From a virus (lineage: Duplodnaviria; Heunggongvirae; Uroviricota; Caudoviricetes): DNA of 64,000 bases. The notes beneath the pieces were generated by a model. That model did no database searches, was not told where the DNA came from, and was given only the letters and a program-made list of their open reading frames with translations. The DNA is taken from the IMG/VR virus record IMGVR_UViG_3300037067_027626; one strand, given 5' to 3'. The position numbers were made by a program, and so were the translations under genes. Shown here piece by piece: positions 38,666 through 47,747 of this stretch (positions within the stretch are counted from its first letter, which is position 1; every line of letters begins with the position of its first letter).

Positions 38666-39020
38666 AGAAGTATTCCTTAATTCTATTGGCTATTTCTGAT
38701 ATTGGGTGTTTTTTAACTTCGTGTTCCCATAATATCAATGTTTTATAACCACGCTCTAATAAGAATTTCATTCTACCATTATATTTTTGATGTTCTTTTA
38801 GGCGAGGGTTATTATCGTTGTGATGATAATCTCCAAAATGTTCTATGAGCCAATTATGTTGTTTATGTTTGAAATCGGGTAATTTACCATCTATATCTTC
38901 TTCTGGGTTATAACCAATAAATTCCCACTCATTAGGGAAGTATGCGCCATTGATAACCACAATTATCACAGAGATATGCTTGGAGATATTGTTTTTTACC
39001 TTTACTCCATTTTGTTCTTT
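38658..39020 (-). CDS. DUF559/Vsr-like endonuclease domain protein
   Basis: DFKHKQHNWLIEHFGDYHH...RMKFLLERGYKTLILWEHEV matches the DUF559 C-terminal signature. The start is taken at the internal Met. This ORF overlaps 38932..39681 in another frame. Confidence 0.4.
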   Translation of the reverse strand, partial: KEQNGVKVKNNISKHISVIIVVINGAYFPNEWEFIGYNPEEDIDGKLPDFKHKQHNWLIEHFGDYHHNDNNPRLKEHQKYNGRMKFLLERGYKTLILWEHEVKKHPISEIANRIKEYFYK

Positions 39021-39681
39021 TCCCATATTTATAGATTTTATCGCTTGTTTGGCATTTAGGACATATTTTTGTAGGCAATTCTTCTGATAGGCTTTCATAT
39101 TCGTCTTTTGGAATATACGTATCGCCATCCAATTTAACGTGTTCCATGGGATATAGTTTATCGGTTTCATAGTTATATTCAGACACATTTTTATATTTGC
39201 CACGTTTATAATCCGACGGCATATAGAATGTTTTACCAGTCGATGTGTCCATATAGCGCTGAACTTTACCACCCCTGCGGGGAATTTCTCCGACTTTACG
39301 ATACCGTTTCAGTTCTGTATTTATTGGTTCGGTTATTTCTACTTTTGGATTTTTTTTAAAAGCATTCGGGTTATATTGTGGTTTCATTGGTAATTCTGGA
39401 ACATTATTAACTATCGAATTATTTTGTGTAAATAGATTAGAATTAATCAAACTTCGGTTAGAAAGTTGCCATTTTATAGCCTCCTCAATTGTTTTATGGC
39501 GTGGTTTAGATAGATTGCATTTATGGTGCATGACTGCTAAATTATTAGCTTCAAACTCGCCCCCGTTGCATCTATCTATAATATGCCCTAAATCATAAGA
39601 ATCATAATCCACTTCTGCGTTACACACCCAACAGATTCCTTTATCACGTCTGTAAATACCTATCCTTAAATTATCACTCAT
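38932..39681 (-). CDS. HNH endonuclease with C-terminal InsA/IS1595-like zinc ribbon
   Basis: The N-terminus has CWVC...DLGHIIDRCNGG...NL.VMHHKCN. The C-terminus has CPKCQTSDKIYKYGKRTKWSKGKKQYLQAYLCDNCGYQW. Confidence 0.45.
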   Translation of the reverse strand: MSDNLRIGIYRRDKGICWVCNAEVDYDSYDLGHIIDRCNGGEFEANNLAVMHHKCNLSKPRHKTIEEAIKWQLSNRSLINSNLFTQNNSIVNNVPELPMKPQYNPNAFKKNPKVEITEPINTELKRYRKVGEIPRRGGKVQRYMDTSTGKTFYMPSDYKRGKYKNVSEYNYETDKLYPMEHVKLDGDTYIPKDEYESLSEELPTKICPKCQTSDKIYKYGKRTKWSKGKKQYLQAYLCDNCGYQWRILP

Positions 39682-39993
39682 TTTTATTTATCACCACTAT
39701 CATCTTTTATTGATTTTTCTATTGCTTTAGTAATTAAATATTTTAGATATTCTAATTCAGTTAAATTTAATTTTTTGGCTAACATAGAAAGATTTTCATA
39801 CATTTTTTCGGATATGGTTAGAATGATTCTTTTGCTCATAATTTATTACCTCCTGATATATTAATAGTATATACTAGGTTACTAAATATGTCAATAGGGT
39901 GACTTATTATATATTTGACAAGACTCATTACCTGTGCTTTAGTGTAATTAAATACATAAATAAATAAATGAAATTAAGTATGTGGAAGATACA

Positions 39994-40128
39994 ATGTTAA
40001 TATGTCCGAAGTGCGGTAGTTCAAGAGTAGTCAAACTAGGTTTTATCCCTACTATTCATGGGGAAAAACAGAGATATAGATGTCATAAAGGGCATACATT
40101 TTATGCGAAAAAAGACTATAAAAGATAA
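39994..40128 (+). CDS. small InsA/IS1595-like zinc-ribbon protein (44 aa)
   Basis: Translates to MLICPKCGSSRVVKLGFIPTIHGEKQRYRCHKGHTFYAKKDYKR. Confidence 0.35.
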   Translation: MLICPKCGSSRVVKLGFIPTIHGEKQRYRCHKGHTFYAKKDYKR

Positions 40129-40143
40129 TGAGGAATTTTATAA

Positions 40144-40446
40144 TTGTTTAAGATAGTTAAGAAATACTATAAGAAACCAAGACGGGGCGAACCTATTATA
40201 AGATATAAAGCTAAGGATTCTAATGAGAATTTCAGATTAGATAAGGGCGATAAAATAATAATAAGAATAGACCCTGCATTAAAAAAGAGACGGGATATTG
40301 AGCGTTCCTTAATGAAGCATGAGAAAACCGAATTAATGCTCAGGGCAAAGGGGGTAAAACTGAATAAAGCCCACAGGATTGCTAGAAGCAAAGAACCTAA
40401 ACTTACCCGTAATAAAAGTTTAAATGACATCTGGAAAATGCTCTAA
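40144..40446 (+). CDS. small basic protein (100 aa)
   Basis: K/R-rich sequence with a TTG start per the ORF track. Confidence 0.4.
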   Translation: MFKIVKKYYKKPRRGEPIIRYKAKDSNENFRLDKGDKIIIRIDPALKKRRDIERSLMKHEKTELMLRAKGVKLNKAHRIARSKEPKLTRNKSLNDIWKML

Positions 40447-40466
40447 TAAATTAGGAGGCAAATTTT

Positions 40467-40652
40467 ATGCCGATAACCGATGAACTGGACATAGACAACA
40501 TATTCAGTGGGAAAAAGAAAGTTCCTTTAGAGGGAGAAATTAACAGTACCGATAACTACCCTAGATTAGACATAATGGGCTTGGCGAGAAAAAAGAGAAA
40601 GAAAACCACTGTAAGACGCAGGACTGTAAAAAGACACTGCAAACGAAAATAA
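40467..40652 (+). CDS. small basic protein (61 aa)
   Basis: TAGGAGGCAAATTTTATG start context. The C-terminus reads KKRKKTTVRRRTVKRHCKRK. Confidence 0.45.
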   Translation: MPITDELDIDNIFSGKKKVPLEGEINSTDNYPRLDIMGLARKKRKKTTVRRRTVKRHCKRK

Positions 40653-40673
40653 AAATAATTAGGAGGAATTTCA

Positions 40674-40823
40674 ATGGCTAAAAAGAAACAAAAGGCAACT
40701 AAACAAAAGGCAATTTTTGCGGATTCAATATTTGCAAAACTGGATGCAAAAGACAAGCAGATGACAGCATCTATAGGTAAAATGGATAATGCCTTTAAAA
40801 TGCACAAGAAAAAGGGGGATTAA
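40674..40823 (+). CDS. tiny basic protein (49 aa)
   Basis: TTAGGAGGAATTTCAATG start context. Begins MAKKKQKATKQK. Confidence 0.4.
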   Translation: MAKKKQKATKQKAIFADSIFAKLDAKDKQMTASIGKMDNAFKMHKKKGD

Positions 40824-40825
40824 TA

Positions 40826-40939
40826 ATGGCGAACAAAAAGAACAGTTATTTCGGCAATTTTCTCAAGTCCATAGAGAAAAAAGAAAAGAGAATCAACACT
40901 AAACTTAATGCAACTACCAAGAAACTCTTGAGGAAATAA
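40826..40939 (+). CDS. tiny basic protein (37 aa)
   Basis: AAGGGGGATTAATAATG start context. Confidence 0.4.
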   Translation: MANKKNSYFGNFLKSIEKKEKRINTKLNATTKKLLRK

Positions 40940-40956
40940 TTTTAAGAAGGTGCTGT

Positions 40957-41160
40957 ATGAGTATATACGCTTTACCGAGAAAGAAGAAATTTCCTTTAGG
41001 GAGCAAAAAACAGGCGATTTCTGCTGTAGCCTATGCGGTTAAATTAGCTAGACCTGAATATAAGAAAATTACACCGCAAGAACGAGATATTGTGTTACGG
41101 AAGGTTCATTCTCGCTATCCTAGTATAAATATTAGTCCAATAAGAAGAAGGAAAAAATAA
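40957..41160 (+). CDS. small basic protein (67 aa)
   Basis: K/R-rich and ends RRRKK. Confidence 0.4.
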   Translation: MSIYALPRKKKFPLGSKKQAISAVAYAVKLARPEYKKITPQERDIVLRKVHSRYPSINISPIRRRKK

Positions 41161-41748
41161 TTGAAGTGCGGTAGGTGTTCGTCAGTTAATATAGGTAAAG
41201 GGGGGGAAGACCGTTTTCATCGGCAGTTATGGTTATGCAGGGATTGTGGTTTTAGGTCAACTAATGTTGAAAATTATAACCATGTAAATTCAGTTATTGC
41301 TAAGATGCCACCATTAAAGAAGTTGTGGTCAAGAATAACGATAGATGAAAATAAGGGGTGTTGGAATTGGCAAGGTAAGCCTGATACGGAAGGATATGGA
41401 GAAGTAAGGATTTCTAGTCAACTTTATAAAGCCCATGTTTATTATTACCAAATATTTGAAGGAGTTATTCCAGAGGGTTTGGAGTTAGACCATCTATGCC
41501 GAAATCGTATTTGTGTAAATCCGAAACATTTAGAACCCGTGACGCATCAAGTGAATGTTTTACGAGGGAAAAGTCCTCAATCAATTAATGCTCTTAAAAC
41601 GCATTGTATTCATGGGCATATATTATCAGTAGAAAATACATATGAATCTAGTAGAAATAATTTCAAGTATAGGCAATGTAAAATATGTACTAGGGAAAGG
41701 GCTAAAAGATATTTGTTGGATAAAAAGCAATTAATACTAACAGTTTAA
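41161..41748 (+). CDS. HNH endonuclease with N-terminal zinc ribbon
   Basis: Contains GCWNWQGKPDTEGYGEVRI...LELDHLCRNRICVNPKHLEPVTHQVN, the classic HNH motif. The N-terminus has CGRC...CRDCG. Confidence 0.6.
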   Translation: MKCGRCSSVNIGKGGEDRFHRQLWLCRDCGFRSTNVENYNHVNSVIAKMPPLKKLWSRITIDENKGCWNWQGKPDTEGYGEVRISSQLYKAHVYYYQIFEGVIPEGLELDHLCRNRICVNPKHLEPVTHQVNVLRGKSPQSINALKTHCIHGHILSVENTYESSRNNFKYRQCKICTRERAKRYLLDKKQLILTV

Positions 41749-41777
41749 TAATAACGAGCAAAATAGTTGGAGGCAAA

Positions 41778-41885
41778 ATGAAAAGGGCTGGTGGCAGTTC
41801 ATACAAGAATACTAAAGAAAGAAAATGGTTGGCGGAATACGATAAAAAACACCCCAAAGATAAAGAGATAAGAGGGAAGAAATAA
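41778..41885 (+). CDS. tiny basic protein (35 aa)
   Basis: TTGGAGGCAAAATG start context. Confidence 0.35.
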   Translation: MKRAGGSSYKNTKERKWLAEYDKKHPKDKEIRGKK

Positions 41886-41888
41886 TAA

Positions 41889-42296
41889 ATGCCAACAATG
41901 ATACCTAAATATACTGTTAGAGAATCTTATTATAAGCGTTCTCGACCTGACGAGTCGCCAATGAAGAATAGTGTAGAGGTGAGATGGTATACGCAAAAAC
42001 CCTCTCGGTCTAATAAACTATCTAAACCTAAAAAGGTGTGGTTGCCCCAAGTAAAGATGACTGTCAAGAAAGACCCTATATTAAAGAAATATCCTAAGAT
42101 AGAAAAAGAGGGCATGAAGCACGAACTTAGAGAAATGAAGGCGATATGGAAATATCGCCATCTGAATAAAACTGAGAGGGGCGATAAGGCTCATAAAGAA
42201 GCTAAGGCAAAAAATCCTTCATGGTTAAGTCCTGCTATCAATAAAATGAGGGAAGAACAGAAGAACCCTAATTGGCGTAAAAGTAGGTGGGGATAA
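41889..42296 (+). CDS. basic protein (135 aa)
   Basis: K/R-rich throughout. Confidence 0.4.
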   Translation: MPTMIPKYTVRESYYKRSRPDESPMKNSVEVRWYTQKPSRSNKLSKPKKVWLPQVKMTVKKDPILKKYPKIEKEGMKHELREMKAIWKYRHLNKTERGDKAHKEAKAKNPSWLSPAINKMREEQKNPNWRKSRWG

Positions 42297-42313
42297 AAAT
42301 AAGGAGCAAATAA

Positions 42314-42487
42314 ATGGGCAATAAAAAGAAAACAGGCAAGAGGAAAATAGATGTAAAGAACCTTCATTTGGGTGAGCAGTGGTCGCCTAAAAGCAAAGAC
42401 CCGATATACAGACAACTATCTAATAAGGATAAGAAGATGAAAAGCTCCTTAACAAAATTAGATAGAATTGGAAGAATTAAAAAATAG
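42314..42487 (+). CDS. tiny basic protein (57 aa)
   Basis: AAGGAGCAAATAAATG start context. Confidence 0.4.
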   Translation: MGNKKKTGKRKIDVKNLHLGEQWSPKSKDPIYRQLSNKDKKMKSSLTKLDRIGRIKK

Positions 42488-42497
42488 GAGCAAAATT

Positions 42498-42614
42498 ATG
42501 GGATTCAAGGAAAATTTAGAAGCGAGTTTTAAGGGAGCAGACAAACTTGGTAGTGACCTTATTAAGGATGGTAAAAATCTAGGCAAAAAGAAGAACAAAC
42601 GTAAGGGGAAATAA
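42498..42614 (+). CDS. tiny basic protein (38 aa)
   Basis: ATAGGAGCAAAATTATG start context. Confidence 0.4.
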   Translation: MGFKENLEASFKGADKLGSDLIKDGKNLGKKKNKRKGK

Positions 42615-42615
42615 A

Positions 42616-42723
42616 ATGGCTAAAGGGAAGTATAAAGACTATGGGCGTTCTAGGGTATATGAGCCGAAACGTAAGAAAGAAAGAACACTCAGTAGTAAGG
42701 TAAAAACTTATAAATCAAAATAA
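42616..42723 (+). CDS. tiny basic protein (35 aa)
   Basis: TAAGGGGAAATAAAATG start context. Confidence 0.4.
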   Translation: MAKGKYKDYGRSRVYEPKRKKERTLSSKVKTYKSK

Positions 42724-42735
42724 GGAAGCAAAATT

Positions 42736-43221
42736 ATGGCAAAGAGATTATCTGATACTATGAAACGCCAACGGGCTGAAGCAAAAAGAATGAAGGCTGA
42801 AATGCGTCAGCGTGAGAAAGCAAGAAAACAAGATGCGGTTAAGCGTCAGAGAGCCGAAGATAGATTAATAAAGTTACAGGAAAAGATTAGAATAAAGAGG
42901 GAAAAGGATAGATTACGACAGGCTGAGAGAGAAGCAAAAAATAGACAGAAACAGATTGAAAGAGAAGCAAAAAAACGACAAAAGCAAGAAGAAGAAGGGC
43001 GGAGAAAAGCCCTTACAGCCTTTACTAAACAACAGGAAGCAAATAGAAAACGTGCAAGACAAGAAGCCGAGAGAAAAAAGTTAAACGAAAGACACAGTAA
43101 GGCAACCTCAGTGTTATGGGGTTCTCCACGTTCTGAAAAGGAACGTAGGACTAATATCACAAAGAATAAAGCAGTAGTAAGAAAAGTAATGCACAAACTA
43201 AAGAGGAAATTAATCTGGTAG
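42736..43221 (+). CDS. highly basic K/R/E coiled-coil protein (161 aa)
   Basis: TAAGGAAGCAAAATTATG start context. Contains an RQRAEAKRMKAEMRQREKARK-type repeat. Confidence 0.5.
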   Translation: MAKRLSDTMKRQRAEAKRMKAEMRQREKARKQDAVKRQRAEDRLIKLQEKIRIKREKDRLRQAEREAKNRQKQIEREAKKRQKQEEEGRRKALTAFTKQQEANRKRARQEAERKKLNERHSKATSVLWGSPRSEKERRTNITKNKAVVRKVMHKLKRKLIW

Positions 43222-43225
43222 GTAT

Positions 43226-46200
43226 ATGATAAAAAAACTCCATTACAATAAATATTTGAGGATTTTACTAACCGCCTTTATATTGGCGGTTTTATGTATT
43301 CCCTCTTTACCTTTATTCCATATAAATCTGTTTGATGTGCCAGTTGGTGCGGCTACAAGGGATTTATATTGGATTGGCGGTAGTGGTGATTGGAGCGATA
43401 CGGCAAATTGGTCATTAACATCAGGAAATTCTGATAATAGTTCACCTCAAGTTGTACCAGATTCAGATGATAATGTGTATTTTGACGCTAATTCAGGGTT
43501 TACGGGGATTAGTAGGACAGTAACAATGAATAGTTCTCCTGGTTATTGTCTTGATATGGACTGGACAGGTGCGCCGAATAATCCAATATTTAATAGACAA
43601 AATAATGCGGATTTATATATTTATGGCTCGCTGACCTTGATTGCGAGTATGACATTTGATGCTGTAGCGGCTAATGGTCGAATTGGTTTTCTGTCTACCT
43701 CTGCGGGCGAAACAGTAACCACCGCAGGAGTAAATCTCAACAATGTGTTATACGGTATGGAATTTGCTGGTAATGGTGGTGAGTGGACATTACAGGATGA
43801 GCTGACTGTTTCTAGTATCACACATACTAAAGGCATTTTAGATACCAATGACCAAACAATCAACTGCAAGGGTTTTTTTACTACTGGCAGTAATGCTAGA
43901 GAGTTAATACTAGGTAATTCCACAATAAATATATCGAATACTGGGTACTTTCAATATACTGGTTCTAATTTAACATTGGGTGAGGGAACTTCAAGTATTA
44001 TAACAGATGGTACGTCTGGAACTTGTAAGTTTTATGGTAATGGCGAAACTTATTATGATGTTCAATTAATCAATGTCCACTCATTATCAACTACCGACAA
44101 TAGTCTCATCAGTGGGGCAAATACTTTTACAACTCTAAGTATTAGCGGGGATGCTTCCACTGGATATACTACTAACATAGATGCAAATCAAATCATCACA
44201 GGTACTCTAACTATTGCAGGTGATTCTGCTGTAAACCGTTTATTAATTCGTTCAGATACCATCGGAACGGCACGTACTTTAACAGCCGCAACCGTAACGG
44301 TATCTAATGCGGATTTTCAGGATATAACGGGTGCTGGTACTGCTTCTTGGAATTTATCTGCAATAACGGGGAAATCAGGCGACTGCGGAGGTAATTCAGG
44401 AATTACCTTTACTACTGCCGATAATATGTATTGGAGCAAAAATAACGGGGCATGGACAGACCCCGCTAATTGGTTCTTAGCGACTAACGGCGGCGGTGGT
44501 GCTGGCAGAGTTCCATTACCTCAAGATACTGCAATATTTGACGCAAATTCCTTTGATGACACGGGTAAAATAGTTACCATAGTTGATAATTATAGAGTTG
44601 GAGATATTGACGCTTCGGGTGCTACGTTTGCACCTACATTCGGTAGTGGCGATTTTAATGTATTAGTCTATGGTTCGATAACATGGGGTGCTATGGATAT
44701 TCACGCCAGTATAGATTGGTTCTTTTATAGCAGGTATAGTGAAACATTAACCTCAGCGAGTAAGACTTTCCCTGATATTACAATCGGTAGCACAAGCGGT
44801 GATGGTATAAGCGGTACATTAACCTTGCAAGATGCCCTTACGTCAAGCGGTATCGTAACTTTGAATAGAGGCACACTAGATTTCAACGACCAGAATGTAA
44901 CTATGGCAACATTCGATTCATCTACTAATACCTATACACGTACTTTATCAATGGGTGATGGCGAAATTACAGTAAACTCAACTGCCGCAGTAAATAAATG
45001 GAATATAGCAACAGGGAGTTTCACGCTTAATAAAGATAACTCGACTTTAATCCTAACTAACTCAGGGACTAACGCACAATCAATTACAGGCGGTGGCAAA
45101 ACATATGATGGTTTAACAATCAAAGGTGCTGGTGTTTATACACTAACATTCAATGATGCGAATACATGGAATACAATGTTAATTGACCGTTCTGAAGCAG
45201 CAAAGACAATCGCTGGCAATGTTATTCAAACTGTTACAAATTTAACAATACCAGTTTCAGGAACAACACAAGTAACTATTACTAATGTTGATTTTGTTAA
45301 ATCTTCTGGAACTGTTGCTTTGGGTTATGTGACAATATCAGGTTCAGTTGTCGATGGTGTCGGTAGTGGTGCAGCGTTTTATGCAGGTGCAACTCCACCA
45401 TCGGTTAATGGTGGTTCTAACTCAGGTTGGAACTTTACAGAACCTTCTGACCCTATCTTAACTACTTTAGGGGCAAGTGAAGTATCATTTTACACTGCAA
45501 AATTAAATGGTGTTCTGGATAGTATGGCAGGACAACCTAATGGTTATATTTCTTTTCAATATAGTACAGACCCCGCATATCCTAGTGATTCTACAGTAGT
45601 ATCAAGCGGAGAATATACAACACTCCCAGGTGAGTTCTTTTATAATATTACATCAGGACTTTCCGCAGGAACTACATATTACTTTCGCATAAGATTCTAC
45701 TATGGTACTACTTATGCTTATGGTTCTACGGTGTTTTTTACGACAGCAGGCGGTACTGGTGTACCTACTGTAATAACGGGTTCAGCCACTAATCCCACAT
45801 CAAGCACAATAACTTTACAAGGTGTAGTAACGGATATGGGTGGCTATACTACCGTGAATCTGTACTTTGATTATGGGGTTACTGCTTCTTATGGCGATAA
45901 TATTACTGCTACCGTACCTACGGCAACTGACATAGGTGCTTTCTCTGTTAAATTAACGAATTTACAAATGAAAACCACTTATCATTTCAGGGCAAAAATC
46001 GGTTATATTGTATCAGGTGTAGAAATATTCGCTTATGGTGCTGATGGTACTTTTACAACTACCATAACAAGCGGAACGGATAGTGGTGGTCAGCCTTTAC
46101 CTAATCTTATATCACAGATATTCAATGGAGGAGTATTTAGTTCCTTTCTTGAAAGTAATGATTTATTATTTATAGCGGAAATTGCTAATACTTATGCAGA

Positions 46201-47011
46201 TAACACTACTAATAAATATTATCCTAACGGCAACATTTCTAAATTATTTGTATTACAGTTAGTCAATACCGATGGCAGTACGGTTTTAGCCCAAGTACCC
46301 TTGAGAGATTGGGGCTTAAAACCCATTTCTATATACATGAATGCCTCAACATCAAGTAATATGACTTTGGGCGAAAATTATATATTAAGACTACACGCTT
46401 TATTCACTGCCTCACCACCTACCGATGTAGATTATACACTTCAGGATGACGATTGGTATGGTAATGATATGAACTCCCTTGATTTCTGGTGTGTATCAGT
46501 AGCAGGAGAGATGAATACCTACTATAGTTTATGGGGCAAAACGGGTTCAATGCTCACTAATACCATAGATAAAGGGGCAATCATCAGTCAGGATGGTACG
46601 GGATACTTCGTTGAGGGAATTCCCGAAATAGATTATGTCAGACCCGATTTATTCTATGCGGTTTCCTCTAAACCTATCTTTACTACAGGAACAGGCACAA
46701 ACGCTTTTGCGGCAAACCATATCTGGACTTCACAGGTAGGTACAAAAATTGCCGCAGACTTTACAACATTCGGGGGATTGTTTGATGTAAACGGCTCAGA
46801 AATGATGGGATGGCTAATTGGTCTGATTATCATATTTATCGTGATATTCTGTGTATCGCAGGGAAGCGGTGCTTTGGGCGGTCTTGTGCTGTGCGTTCCT
46901 TTCCTGATTGCGGGCAATCTATTGGGTGCTATAGGTATACAGATAACGGTAGTCGGCTGTATTCTTTGCTCATTTTTCTTTATAAGGCAGTTTATAATTA
47001 AAACGCTATGA
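43226..47011 (+). CDS. giant surface protein (1261 aa) with N-terminal signal/anchor, beta-helix-like G/T/S-rich repeats and C-terminal TM helices
   Basis: WSDTANW and WTDPANW motifs are typical of right-handed beta-helix (PbH1) repeats. The C-terminal ~70 aa form two hydrophobic helices. Confidence 0.45.
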   Translation: MIKKLHYNKYLRILLTAFILAVLCIPSLPLFHINLFDVPVGAATRDLYWIGGSGDWSDTANWSLTSGNSDNSSPQVVPDSDDNVYFDANSGFTGISRTVTMNSSPGYCLDMDWTGAPNNPIFNRQNNADLYIYGSLTLIASMTFDAVAANGRIGFLSTSAGETVTTAGVNLNNVLYGMEFAGNGGEWTLQDELTVSSITHTKGILDTNDQTINCKGFFTTGSNARELILGNSTINISNTGYFQYTGSNLTLGEGTSSIITDGTSGTCKFYGNGETYYDVQLINVHSLSTTDNSLISGANTFTTLSISGDASTGYTTNIDANQIITGTLTIAGDSAVNRLLIRSDTIGTARTLTAATVTVSNADFQDITGAGTASWNLSAITGKSGDCGGNSGITFTTADNMYWSKNNGAWTDPANWFLATNGGGGAGRVPLPQDTAIFDANSFDDTGKIVTIVDNYRVGDIDASGATFAPTFGSGDFNVLVYGSITWGAMDIHASIDWFFYSRYSETLTSASKTFPDITIGSTSGDGISGTLTLQDALTSSGIVTLNRGTLDFNDQNVTMATFDSSTNTYTRTLSMGDGEITVNSTAAVNKWNIATGSFTLNKDNSTLILTNSGTNAQSITGGGKTYDGLTIKGAGVYTLTFNDANTWNTMLIDRSEAAKTIAGNVIQTVTNLTIPVSGTTQVTITNVDFVKSSGTVALGYVTISGSVVDGVGSGAAFYAGATPPSVNGGSNSGWNFTEPSDPILTTLGASEVSFYTAKLNGVLDSMAGQPNGYISFQYSTDPAYPSDSTVVSSGEYTTLPGEFFYNITSGLSAGTTYYFRIRFYYGTTYAYGSTVFFTTAGGTGVPTVITGSATNPTSSTITLQGVVTDMGGYTTVNLYFDYGVTASYGDNITATVPTATDIGAFSVKLTNLQMKTTYHFRAKIGYIVSGVEIFAYGADGTFTTTITSGTDSGGQPLPNLISQIFNGGVFSSFLESNDLLFIAEIANTYADNTTNKYYPNGNISKLFVLQLVNTDGSTVLAQVPLRDWGLKPISIYMNASTSSNMTLGENYILRLHALFTASPPTDVDYTLQDDDWYGNDMNSLDFWCVSVAGEMNTYYSLWGKTGSMLTNTIDKGAIISQDGTGYFVEGIPEIDYVRPDLFYAVSSKPIFTTGTGTNAFAANHIWTSQVGTKIAADFTTFGGLFDVNGSEMMGWLIGLIIIFIVIFCVSQGSGALGGLVLCVPFLIAGNLLGAIGIQITVVGCILCSFFFIRQFIIKTL

Positions 47012-47727
47012 AAAGATTTATACGTGGTTTTGTATTATTACTCATAATCTTGATTGCCTCTGTACCTGTTTTAGCCGCACCAGGGGATGTATCGGGTGTT
47101 ACCGCTATACCTACGGATGATGAAGTTTCCTTAACATGGATTCGTGGCTCATCGTCAAATACTACAATAATAAGATATCTAAAGACAAACTATCCCACAG
47201 ACCCAACAGGTGCTACCGATGCCAGTGTTTCCGCTTATTCAGGTGTCTTGTTCTTTCATACCGAAACAGGACTGACAGGCGGTACGACCTACTTCTTTAC
47301 ATTATGGGCTTATGACGGAACAGACTATAGTGCCAATGCCACTGCCGCACATATGATGGTCACAACTTACGGTACGGTAAGCGAGGGCGATTCTTTCCCC
47401 TCACCAACTTTCCCTGCTTCTTTTAATCAGACCGCCGATTCTTCAGGATGGTTTAATAAGTTACAGCCTTTTACAGGTGCGATAGATTATTTTGCTACCG
47501 ATTGGGCAATGAATAAAGATATTGCAATGAGCTTGGCGGTATGCGTGGTTATCGTGGTGCTCTCCGTTATCTTATATGTAAGATGGAAGAACATTTTTGC
47601 CGCCTATGGCTTGTCTTTTATCTTAGTATTAGGGGCAACCCAGTTGACTTTACTGCCTTTTTGGGCGATATTTGTTATGCTTGGTTTCGGCTTGGGAATA
47701 TGGGGCATAGAACGAGCATATCAATAA
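47008..47727 (+). CDS. signal peptide + FN3-like domain + C-terminal multi-TM protein
   Basis: Has a cleavable-looking signal (VLAAPGD). PGDVSGVTAIPTDDEVSLTW...GTTYFFTLWAYDG is FN3-like. Three C-terminal TM helices follow. Confidence 0.45.
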   Translation: MKRFIRGFVLLLIILIASVPVLAAPGDVSGVTAIPTDDEVSLTWIRGSSSNTTIIRYLKTNYPTDPTGATDASVSAYSGVLFFHTETGLTGGTTYFFTLWAYDGTDYSANATAAHMMVTTYGTVSEGDSFPSPTFPASFNQTADSSGWFNKLQPFTGAIDYFATDWAMNKDIAMSLAVCVVIVVLSVILYVRWKNIFAAYGLSFILVLGATQLTLLPFWAIFVMLGFGLGIWGIERAYQ

Positions 47728-47747
47728 AATGGAGTATATTTAATTAA

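Noticed and set aside
43621-47001. Short antisense or alternate-frame ORFs (43621..43923, 44932..45123, 46654..46917, 46810..47001, 42846..43196) inside the large plus-strand genes
   Set aside because: They are fully embedded in much longer ORFs that have strong ribosome-binding sites.
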